Assembly: GCA_963666565.1 (NCBI GenBank)
Contig: OY762911.1
Coordinates: 2,624,001-2,688,000, forward strand
Direction: 5' to 3'
Source: Thermoanaerobaculia bacterium
GTDB taxonomy: Bacteria > Acidobacteriota > Thermoanaerobaculia > Multivoradales > Multivoraceae
Length of the DNA stretch: 64,000 nt
Each line of letters begins with the position of its first letter. The first letter of the stretch is position 1. Positions 1-7,573 of this stretch are shown here, one piece after another. Below the pieces are notes generated by a model that was given only the letters and a program-made list of their open reading frames with translations, was not told where the DNA came from and made no database searches. The translations under genes were made by a program, and so were the position numbers.

Positions 1-885
1 CGCCAACTCGACGAAGAGGCCGAACTCGCTGTGCCGGACCACCTTCCCCTTGAACCGGTCGCCGGCGCTGAACTTCTTCGCGGTCTCTTTCCACGGATCC
101 GCCTCGAGCGCCTTCATCGACAGCGAGATGCGGGCGCTCCGCTTGCCGTTCTTCTTCTCGACCTTGGTGACCAGGGCTTCGACCCGTTGGCCGACCTTCA
201 GGAGGTCGGCGGGCTCGCCGCTCCGGGTGCGGCTGATCTGGGTGCGGTGGACCAGGCCGCCGATGCCGCCCCCCAGGTCGACGAACGCGCCGAACTCGGT
301 GACCGACGTCACCTTGCCGCTCACCGGCTCCCGGGACCCTTTCTTGGCACGGATCTCGTCCAGCGCGCGGCGCCGCTCGTTGCGGATCGCCGGCCGCCGG
401 GTGAGCACGATCCGGCGCCCCGCCTCCTTGATCTCGAGGACGTGGAACTCGTACGTGTTGTTGACGTACTGGGAGGGAGACTTCGGCCGGTTGCCCAGCT
501 CCATGAGGGACCGCGGACAGAATGCCGTGACGCCGTCGCAGGCGATGTGGAAGCCGCCCTTGTTCCAGCCGATGACCTTGCCCTCGACGGGGTTCTTCGC
601 CTTGAGCGCCGCCGCGAAGGGGAGAGCCGAGGCGGCCAGCGGCGGCGCCTCGACGGCCGGTTCTTCCTCCGTTTCGGCGGCCGCGGCGACTTCGGGCTCG
701 GGTCCGGCGTGATCGTCTTCAGGCGGCGTCTCCTCCGGTGCTTCCGCCGCGGGCACGGCTTCGGCTTCGGTCGCCGCGGCCTCGCCGGCAGCCGCCTCCG
801 CGAGCGTCGGCTCGGGCGCCTGTTCGGACGGAACGTCGCTCTCCGCGGCCTCCTGAGCGAGCGCTTGATCGTTCGTCTCAGTCAT
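1..885 (-). CDS. S1 RNA-binding domain protein (RpsA-like), C-terminal part runs off the left edge
   Basis: Not in the ORF track. Translated by hand from ATG at 885: an acidic leader (MTETNDQALAQEAAESD...) followed by S1 repeats VEGKVIGWNKGGFHIACDGVTAFCPRS, VSGKVTSVTEFGAFVDLGGGIGGLVHRTQIS...RISLSMKALEADPW and FKGKVVRHSEFGLFVEL. Confidence 0.85.
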   Translation of the reverse strand, partial: MTETNDQALAQEAAESDVPSEQAPEPTLAEAAAGEAAATEAEAVPAAEAPEETPPEDDHAGPEPEVAAAAETEEEPAVEAPPLAASALPFAAALKAKNPVEGKVIGWNKGGFHIACDGVTAFCPRSLMELGNRPKSPSQYVNNTYEFHVLEIKEAGRRIVLTRRPAIRNERRRALDEIRAKKGSREPVSGKVTSVTEFGAFVDLGGGIGGLVHRTQISRTRSGEPADLLKVGQRVEALVTKVEKKNGKRSARISLSMKALEADPWKETAKKFSAGDRFKGKVVRHSEFGLFVELA

Positions 886-950
886 GGTGAGGAGGGGGAG
901 AGAGGGACGCGGCTTCGGGGCGCGCCGGCGTCGTCGTTCGCCGGAGCGGG

Positions 951-959
951 ATTGTAGCA
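951..959 (-). promoter_or_regulatory. Extended -10 promoter (TGcTACAAT) upstream of the S1-domain gene
   Basis: The reverse complement of attgtagca is TGCTACAAT, about 65 bp upstream of the ATG at 885. Confidence 0.55.
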
Positions 960-970
960 CCGCGGGCAAG

Positions 971-1000
971 GAGAAAGGGCCCTGCCGAGGCAGGGCCCTT
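971..1000 (-). terminator. Probable intrinsic terminator of hsp20
   Basis: Perfect 11-bp stem AAGGGCCCTGC-CTCG-GCAGGGCCCTT (975-1000) with a short pyrimidine tail on the minus strand, 25 bp after the hsp20 stop. Confidence 0.7.
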
Positions 1001-1025
1001 GGTTGGTCCGAGTTGAAGCGCCGGT

Positions 1026-1493
1026 TCAGGCGATGTCGATCTTCCTCGCCTTCGCCTCCTCGGCCTTCGGGATGACGACGCTCAGCACCCCGTTCTCGAA
1101 CTCGGCGCTCACCGCCGACACGTCGACGTCGTTCGGCAGCTCGAAGCGCCGAACGAAGCGGCCGTACACGCGCTCGACCCGGTCGGTCGTCGCGCCCTGG
1201 TGGCCTGCCTTGCGCTCGCCCGAGAGGGTGAGGGTCCGGTCCTCGACCGTGACGTCGATGTCGGCCTTCGTCAGGCCCGGCAGATCGACGGCCAGGGTGT
1301 AGGCGTCGTCCGTCTGGACGAGGTCCGCGGCGGGCCACCAGGCGACGGCGGCGGACTCGGCCCCGTCGTGTCCGGCGAACCGGTTCACGACGGGCGAGAA
1401 GAAGTCGTCGAGCATCGCCTTGCCGAAGAGCGGCTCGAAGGCCCCGATCAGGGGCCGGCGGAACGGAGCGTGTCGAATCAGGCTACGGGTCAT
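1026..1493 (-). CDS. Hsp20/alpha-crystallin small heat-shock protein
   Basis: Motifs PAADL...VDLPGL...IDVTVEDRTLTLSGERK...ERVYGRFVRRFELP...AEFENGVLSVVIPK and a C-terminal IxI (KIDIA). RBS AAGGAGGG. Confidence 0.95.
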   Translation of the reverse strand: MTRSLIRHAPFRRPLIGAFEPLFGKAMLDDFFSPVVNRFAGHDGAESAAVAWWPAADLVQTDDAYTLAVDLPGLTKADIDVTVEDRTLTLSGERKAGHQGATTDRVERVYGRFVRRFELPNDVDVSAVSAEFENGVLSVVIPKAEEAKARKIDIA

Positions 1494-1567
1494 CGTGTTG
1501 TCCCTCCTTGGGTTGGTTCCTTCGATTCAGCGCCGGCTTCCGGGAGTTCTTCCGCCGACGGCCCAGG

Positions 1568-1596
1568 ATTATGAGTCCAGTACAGGCAGATGTCAA
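1568..1596 (-). promoter_or_regulatory. Sigma70-type promoter of hsp20 (TTGACA-N17-CATAAT)
   Basis: Minus strand: TTGACA (1596-1591), 17-nt spacer, CATAAT (1573-1568), with an AT-rich tract upstream. Confidence 0.8.
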
Positions 1597-1664
1597 GTAT
1601 CTTATGAAGATCAAATCAGATTCATGCCCTGCGGGGTTCCCCATGCCCCTTTGCTCGCCCGCAA

Positions 1665-1733
1665 CCGCCCCCCTCTTCCTCCGTGAGGGCGAGCGTCCCC
1701 TGGGACCCTCTTCCCGGACCCGTGCCGGCGGGT
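1665..1733 (+). repeat. Partial (right-half) copy of the inverted-repeat-bounded intergenic element family
   Basis: 1685-1705 gagggcgagcgtcccctggga is the exact reverse complement of 20057-20077. It is followed by a degenerate arm and the shared ggcgggt (1727-1733). Confidence 0.65.
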
Positions 1734-1741
1734 GCCCGTCT

Positions 1742-2518
1742 CTAGTTCGGCAGCGTGACGCCCGTGACGGCGCCCAGCGTGGGCCCGATCTCGGCGTGGA
1801 GGACGAGGTCGGCGATGCCGTCGAGGTCGGTGGCTTCGCGGTTCAGGATGACGAGCCTGGCGCCGGCCTGCTTGGCCAGGGCGGGGAAGCCGGCCGCCGG
1901 GTAGACGACGAGGGAGCTGCCGATCGCGAGGAAGAGGTCGGCGGCGAGCGTCGCTTCGTGGGCGCGCCGCATCGCCTCCTCGGGCATCGCTTGGCCGAAC
2001 GAGATCGTCGCCGTCTTGACGATGCCGCCGCAGGCGTCGCCGGCCAGGTTCTCCCGCGTGCAGACGGGCAGTTCCTCCCGCTCCTTGAAGGCGGCGACGA
2101 TCGGCGCCAGCTCGTAGCGCTGCCGGCACTCGAGGCACGCCGCGTAGGTCGCGTTGCCGTGAAGTTCGACGATGTCGTCGTCCGGGATGCCCGACTCCTG
2201 GTGCAGGCCGTCCACGTTCTGCGTGATCACGGCCAGCAGCTTGCCCCGGCGCCGCAGTTCGGCCAGAGCCAGGTGCCCGCGGTTGGGCTTCGCGTGGCCG
2301 ATCGTGCGGTCGCTGCCGATCTTGCGCCGCCAGGACTCGCGCCGCGCCTCTTCCGAGGCCATGAACTCGCTGAAGTCGATCGGCCGGTACTTCGTCCAGA
2401 TCCCGCCCGGGCTACGGAAGTCCGGGATGCCGGATTCGGTGCTGATACCCGCGCCCGTGAAGGCGACGATCCGGGACGCTTCTTCGATCAGACGTTCGAG
2501 ATCCTGCGGTTGGCTCAT
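1742..2518 (-). CDS. cobB: Sir2-family NAD-dependent protein deacylase
   Basis: Motifs GAGISTESGIPDFR, TQNVDGLH, ELHG, Zn-binding CLEC...C..C and GSSLVVYPAA. Confidence 0.93.
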   Translation of the reverse strand: MSQPQDLERLIEEASRIVAFTGAGISTESGIPDFRSPGGIWTKYRPIDFSEFMASEEARRESWRRKIGSDRTIGHAKPNRGHLALAELRRRGKLLAVITQNVDGLHQESGIPDDDIVELHGNATYAACLECRQRYELAPIVAAFKEREELPVCTRENLAGDACGGIVKTATISFGQAMPEEAMRRAHEATLAADLFLAIGSSLVVYPAAGFPALAKQAGARLVILNREATDLDGIADLVLHAEIGPTLGAVTGVTLPN

Positions 2519-2569
2519 GCGTGTCTCCAGGTTCTTCGGCCTCGTCCCGGCGAGTCTACGGGCAGCTCT

Positions 2570-2595
2570 CTACCGACCGGTCGGTCTGTTACACT
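2570..2595. promoter_or_regulatory. Perfect palindromic operator ACCGACCGGTCGGT (2572-2585) beside an extended -10 TGtTACACT (2587-2595), in the cobB/moxR divergent region
   Basis: 14-bp perfect palindrome. The 18-mer at 2570-2587 is 14/18 identical to the site in the tetR promoter at 44008-44025. A minus-strand TAGACT -10 for cobB lies at 2553-2558. Confidence 0.7.
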
Positions 2596-2669
2596 GCGCT
2601 CCGCTCGGAACGAGTCAAACCGCAATCAAGCTGGATGGAACCGGCCACGCCGGAGGATAGAGGGTCTGC

Positions 2670-3500
2670 ATGTCTTTCCACGCCTTTACAGGGACCGACA
2701 CCTACCTTGCATCGCCCGAGCTGAGGGACTCGGTGAACGTCGCCTCGGCTCTCGAGAAGCCGCTCCTCGTGCGGGGCGAGCCCGGCACCGGCAAGACGGT
2801 GCTCGCCGAGGCGATCGCCGAGAACCTGGTCATGGAGCTCCTGACCTGGAACATCAAGTCGACCAGCAAGGCCCAGGAGGGCCTCTACGTGTACGACACG
2901 GTGCAGCGGCTGAACGACGCCCGCTTCGGCGACCGGGACATCACCGACATCTCGCAGTACATCAAGTACGGACCCCTCGGCGAGTCCTTCCTGAAGGACC
3001 AGCGGGTGGTTCTGCTGATCGACGAGATCGACAAGGCGGACATGGAGTTCCCGAACGACCTGCTGCACGAGCTGGACCGGATGAGCTTCTTCGTCCACGA
3101 GACGGGCGAGCAGCACGCGGCGAGGTTCCGCCCGATCGTCGTCATCACCTCGAACAACGAGAAGGAACTGCCGGACGCCTTCCTGCGCCGCTGCGTGTTC
3201 CACTACATCGCCTTCCCGGACAAGGCGGAGATGGAGGACATCATCCGCGTCCACCATCCGGACGTCGAGGCCGAGCTGCTGCGCCAGGTCCTGCTGCGGT
3301 TCTACTGGCTCCGCGATCTGCCGGAGCTGCGCAAGAAGCCGTCGACGAGCGAGCTGATCGACTGGATCGCGGCGCTGCGGCGCGGCGGCGTGAGCACGGA
3401 GTCGATCGAGAGTGAGCTACCCTTCCTGGGCGTCCTGATGAAGCGGGAGAACGACCTGGAGGCGGTCATGGCGGCTCATCGCCGCGGCCGGGTCAACTGA
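2670..3500 (+). CDS. MoxR-family AAA+ ATPase (short, PA2707-like)
   Basis: Walker A GEPGTGKT, Walker B LLIDEIDKAD, and motifs FPNDLL and ITSNNEKELPDAFLRRC. Confidence 0.9.
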   Translation: MSFHAFTGTDTYLASPELRDSVNVASALEKPLLVRGEPGTGKTVLAEAIAENLVMELLTWNIKSTSKAQEGLYVYDTVQRLNDARFGDRDITDISQYIKYGPLGESFLKDQRVVLLIDEIDKADMEFPNDLLHELDRMSFFVHETGEQHAARFRPIVVITSNNEKELPDAFLRRCVFHYIAFPDKAEMEDIIRVHHPDVEAELLRQVLLRFYWLRDLPELRKKPSTSELIDWIAALRRGGVSTESIESELPFLGVLMKRENDLEAVMAAHRRGRVN

Positions 3501-3536
3501 TCCCGGCGCCCTGACGCTCGCCCGCGGCCCGAACCG

Positions 3537-4730
3537 ATGTTCGTCGACTTCTTCTACCACCTCAGGGGCTACGGCCTGAAGGTGACGATCACGGAGTGGC
3601 TGTCCCTGATGAAGGCGCTGGGGATCGGCCACAGCCGGGCGGACCTGCACGTCTTCTACAACTTGGCCCGCTGCCTGATGGTCAAGCGGGAGGCGGACTT
3701 CGACAACTACGACCGCGCATTCGCCTCGTTCTTCATGGGCGTCGAGAACCACTTCGACATCGGCGACGAGCTGCTGGAGTGGCTGTCCAAGCCGGAACTG
3801 CCGCGGGAACTGACGGACGAGGAGCGCGCGAAGCTCGAGTCCCTCGACCTGGACGAGCTCCGCGAGCGCTTCAAGGAACTGCTCGACGAGCAGAAGGAGC
3901 GCCACGACGGCGGCAACCGCTGGATCGGGACGGGCGGCACGTCGCCCTTCGGCCACGGCGGCGAGCACCCGACGGGGGTTCGGATCGGCGGCGCGGGAGG
4001 CGGGCGCTCGGCGGTGCAGGTGGCGACCGACCGCCGCTTCCGCAACCTGCGCTCGGACCGCATCCTGGACACCCGGCAGATCGGGCTGGCGCTGCGCCGC
4101 CTGCGCAAGCTGGACAAGGACGAGGGGCCCGAGGAACTCGACATCGACGAGACGATCGACTCGAGCGCCCGCAACGCCGGCGAGATCGACCTCGTCTTCC
4201 GGCCGCCGAGACGCAACCGGATCAAGCTGCTCCTGCTGATCGACGTGGGCGGCTCGATGGACCCGCACACCCTGCTCTGCGAGCGGCTGTTCTCCGCCGC
4301 CCACAAGGCGAACCACTTCAAGAAGTTCGAGTTCAAGTTCTTCCACAACTGCGTGTACGAGAACCTGTACACCGACATCAGCCGCTGGAAGGGCGAGGCG
4401 ACCTCCCAGATCCTGAAGCGCCTGGACCACACCTGGTCCGTGTGCCTGGTCGGGGACGCCTGGATGAGCCCGTACGAGCTGACCCACACCGGCGGCGCGA
4501 TCGACTACTACCACACGAACCAGGTCACCGGCCTCGACTGGCTCCGCAAGTTCCGCGACCGTTGCCCGAACTCGATCTGGCTCAACCCGGAACCGCGGCG
4601 CATCTGGAACGCGCCGACGATCCACCTGATCCGGCAGGTGTTCCCGATGTTCGAACTGACCATCGACGGTCTGACCGAGGGCATCGACGTGTTGCGGGGC
4701 ATCCGGCCGAACCGCGCTCTCGCCGCCTGA
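3537..4730 (+). CDS. vWA-domain (CoxE-like) partner of the MoxR ATPase
   Basis: Motifs GGNRWIGTGGTSPFGHGG, ELDIDETI, MIDAS-like LLIDVGGSM, VGDAWMSPYE and WLNPEP. Lies directly downstream of moxR. Confidence 0.88.
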   Translation: MFVDFFYHLRGYGLKVTITEWLSLMKALGIGHSRADLHVFYNLARCLMVKREADFDNYDRAFASFFMGVENHFDIGDELLEWLSKPELPRELTDEERAKLESLDLDELRERFKELLDEQKERHDGGNRWIGTGGTSPFGHGGEHPTGVRIGGAGGGRSAVQVATDRRFRNLRSDRILDTRQIGLALRRLRKLDKDEGPEELDIDETIDSSARNAGEIDLVFRPPRRNRIKLLLLIDVGGSMDPHTLLCERLFSAAHKANHFKKFEFKFFHNCVYENLYTDISRWKGEATSQILKRLDHTWSVCLVGDAWMSPYELTHTGGAIDYYHTNQVTGLDWLRKFRDRCPNSIWLNPEPRRIWNAPTIHLIRQVFPMFELTIDGLTEGIDVLRGIRPNRALAA

Positions 4731-4789
4731 ACCGGACCGCGCCCCCGGCGCCGGAATCGCGCGCTCGGGCGACGGGTTACACTCTCCGC

Positions 4790-5716
4790 ATGGACGAGAA
4801 ACCCGCCGGCGAGGAACGGCCCGAGGGAACGCCGCCGGGGGACCGGGAGCCGGATGCCGGCGACTCGGGCTTCGACGCGCCCCTGCGCCTGAGCCGCGAG
4901 GCCGAGTTCCCGCCCGAGGAGGCGCCGCCGGACCGGTCCGGGACGATGACGGTCGTCGTCATCGCCGCCGTGATCCTGATCGGCGCCGCCGCCGTCCTCT
5001 GGTGGTGGTTCGGGTCGCGCGGGGCAAGCCAGGACGCCGAAGCGCCGGTCGAACCGCCACCGCCGGCGGCTGGCCTGGACGCCGCCGGAGCTTCCGAAGA
5101 CGCCGAAGGCGGCGAGCCGCCAACTCCGGCCCCCGAGCCGCCGCCGGACCTGGCCGGGAGCGACTCCCTGGTCCGGGACGTGGTCGGCGGCCTGTCTCGG
5201 CACGCCGGGTGGGCCGCCTGGCTCGTGCCGGAGGAACTCGTCGTGAACTTCGTGCGCGCGGTCGGCGCCGTTGCCTACGACGAACCGCCCCAGGGCAGCC
5301 TGGAACCGTTGCGGCCGGAGGACGGCTTCAGCGTCGTCCGCCGGGGGCAGCGCTTCTACCCCGCGGAGACGAGCTACCGGCGGTACGACCTGGCGGTGGA
5401 GGTGTTCGATTCGATCGACGTGGCCGGCGTCGCCGGCGCCTGGGAGCGGCTCGAGCCGCTGCTCGAGCGGGCGCACGACGAACTCGGGTACCCGGCGGAG
5501 TTCGGCGACACCCTGGAACTCGCCGTGACCAAGCTCCTGCGGACGCCGGCGCCGGAGTCGCCGCCCGAACTCCGCTTGCGGGTCATCAGTTTCGAGTACG
5601 TCGATCCGGCGCTCGAGAGCCTGAGCCCGGCGCAGAAGCTGCTGCTGCGGCTGGGGCCCGACAACGACGGCCGGGTGCGGAACAAGGTCAGGGAACTGTA
5701 CGCGGCACTGGAGTAG
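4790..5716 (+). CDS. DUF3014-like membrane-anchored protein
   Basis: C-terminal part of track ORF 3596..5716, with the start moved to ATG 4790. One TM helix, a Pro/Glu linker, then SYRRYD...FEYVDPALESLSPAQKLLLRLGPDN. Confidence 0.8.
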   Translation: MDEKPAGEERPEGTPPGDREPDAGDSGFDAPLRLSREAEFPPEEAPPDRSGTMTVVVIAAVILIGAAAVLWWWFGSRGASQDAEAPVEPPPPAAGLDAAGASEDAEGGEPPTPAPEPPPDLAGSDSLVRDVVGGLSRHAGWAAWLVPEELVVNFVRAVGAVAYDEPPQGSLEPLRPEDGFSVVRRGQRFYPAETSYRRYDLAVEVFDSIDVAGVAGAWERLEPLLERAHDELGYPAEFGDTLELAVTKLLRTPAPESPPELRLRVISFEYVDPALESLSPAQKLLLRLGPDNDGRVRNKVRELYAALE

Positions 5717-5785
5717 GGCTCGTAGCCGCCGGCCCCGGCCATGCCGCCGCCGGTCTGCGCCACCTCGACAGGTCGTCCGCTCGGC

Positions 5786-7399
5786 TCAGCCGGCGGCGCG
5801 CCGCTGGGTCTCGGCGTAGCGCGGCAGCATGGCGTCGTAGATCGCGGCCGCTTCCGGCCGCGGCTCGGCCGAAGGGCCGGGCCGGCCCGCGGGCGGCAGG
5901 GGAGGCAGTCGTTGGCCGGTGGCGCGCAGCGCGGCGCCGAGGGCGGCGCCGTCGGTAACGTCGAGACTCTCGACGCGGCACCCGAGCACGTCGGCGGCGA
6001 TCTGGAGCAACTCGCGGTTTTGCGAGCCGCCGCCGGTGGCGACGAGTCGCTCCGGCCGGGTCGCCATCCACCCGGAGTTGAGCCGCATCGAAAGGAACTG
6101 GCCTTCGACCACCGCCCGGCAATTCCGGGCCGCCTGCTCCGGTTCGTCGCGCAGTCCGCCCAGCCGGTGGACGCGGGGCGTGGCCACCCGAGGCACGATC
6201 TCCGGTTCGAACCAGGGGAGCATCGTCATGCCGTCATTGCCCGGCGGCGTTGCCCGCAAGGCGGCGTCGAAGCCCGCCCAGTCCAGCCCGTACCGGTCCC
6301 GCACCGCCTCGCGAGCGAGCGACCCGTTGCGGAAGCAGATCAGGCTCATCGGATGCCCGCCCGGCGCGATGAACACGTGGCCGTTCGCCTCCGGGTCGAC
6401 CGCGACCTCCCTCAGGAGCCCGAAGTACGTGTCGCTCGTGCCGAGGCTCAGCACCGCCTCGCCCGGCTCCCGGACCCCGACGCCGACGAGTGAGCACGGG
6501 TTGTCTCCGGAGCCGGCGACGACCCGCGCCGAGGCCGGCAGGCCGTACCGGGACACGAAGTAGGGCGCGACCGGTCCGACCGCGGTCCACGGCGCGCAGG
6601 TCGGCGGCAGTCTGCCGTCGAGCCCCTTCGCGGTCGCCGCCATCGCGGTTTCCGACCATTCCCGCCGCCGAATGTCGAGCAGGTTCATGCCGGAACCGTC
6701 GCCATGGTCGATCGGCGCCAGCCTTCCGGCAAGTACCGAAGTGACGAAGGAACTGACAAGGCAGACGTGGGCCGTAGCGGCCCAGGCATCGGGCTCGGTC
6801 CGCGCGAAGCGCCGGATCTGGGGTCCGGTGAAGCGCTCGAAGGCGTCGCTGCCGGTGAGTTTCGCCGTCGCCGCGGCGCCGCCCAGCGCGTGCCGGATCT
6901 CCGCGCATTCCCGCGTGGTCGAGGAATCGGTCCAGATCGGCGCTTCGGGGCGGGAGAGGACAGGAGCGATCTGCTCGGCAAGGCTCCGCTTGGGAGTCAG
7001 GGACTGAAGTACGGCCTCTGCCCCCGGGCGGAGGTAAACGGAACCGTGCTGCTGGCCAGACACCGACACGCCGCCGATCTCGCGGCAGGCATCGGCGCCC
7101 AGTTTCTCGAAGACCAAGTCCAGGGCTTCGAGCCACATGCACGGCGGTGTTCGGCCGATCGCCGGATCGTCTCTCGGAAGCTGGCCGTTGACGGTTCCGT
7201 ACCGAGGAAGCTCCGAGTCGTAGTGCACTCCGGCGCGGCCGACGATGCCCGTGGCCCGATCGTCGCCGTCGCTGCCCGCTGGCCCGACCTCGACAAGAAT
7301 CGCCGTCAGGCTCTGGGTGCCGACATCGATCCCAAGGTAGAGCGACTCCCCGGCCGAGCCGCCGCCGCTATGCGGTCGCCGCTGCGCGGCGCGCTTCAT
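5786..7399 (-). CDS. xylB: Xylulokinase (FGGY family, XKS1/eukaryote-like subtype)
   Basis: Motifs YLGIDVGTQS, SGQQHGSVY, PIWTDSST, ERFTGPQIRR, GSGDNPCS, SLGTSDT and TGGGSQN. Downstream of xylA. Confidence 0.88.
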   Translation of the reverse strand: MKRAAQRRPHSGGGSAGESLYLGIDVGTQSLTAILVEVGPAGSDGDDRATGIVGRAGVHYDSELPRYGTVNGQLPRDDPAIGRTPPCMWLEALDLVFEKLGADACREIGGVSVSGQQHGSVYLRPGAEAVLQSLTPKRSLAEQIAPVLSRPEAPIWTDSSTTRECAEIRHALGGAAATAKLTGSDAFERFTGPQIRRFARTEPDAWAATAHVCLVSSFVTSVLAGRLAPIDHGDGSGMNLLDIRRREWSETAMAATAKGLDGRLPPTCAPWTAVGPVAPYFVSRYGLPASARVVAGSGDNPCSLVGVGVREPGEAVLSLGTSDTYFGLLREVAVDPEANGHVFIAPGGHPMSLICFRNGSLAREAVRDRYGLDWAGFDAALRATPPGNDGMTMLPWFEPEIVPRVATPRVHRLGGLRDEPEQAARNCRAVVEGQFLSMRLNSGWMATRPERLVATGGGSQNRELLQIAADVLGCRVESLDVTDGAALGAALRATGQRLPPLPPAGRPGPSAEPRPEAAAIYDAMLPRYAETQRRAAG

Positions 7400-7406
7400 T
7401 CCGGAA

Positions 7407-7530
7407 GCCGGCGGGGACGCCGGCGCACCCAGTGTGCGCCTCCTTTGCCGGGCGCGGGGACGGCGCGCCGTCGCCCGGCGCGACGTTCCGGCCGGCTACG
7501 CCGGCAGCGGGTCGGAAGACCCGCGCACCC
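7407..7530. repeat. REP-like palindrome cluster: two 24-bp hairpin+gcaccc units 100 bp apart with hairpins between them
   Basis: gccggcg-ggga-cgccggc-gcaccc (7407-7430) and gcgggtc-ggaa-gacccgc-gcaccc (7507-7530). Confidence 0.7.
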
Positions 7531-7573
7531 AGCGCGGCGGCCCCAGTCGCGCCCGTCCCGAGCTCCAATCGAC

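Noticed and set aside
1742-4730. Sir2 + ATPase + vWA as an anti-phage defence system
   Set aside because: The sirtuin is a compact Zn-finger CobB-type deacylase transcribed divergently, and the ATPase is MoxR-type. This is not the SIR2-HerA, Thoeris or DSR architecture.
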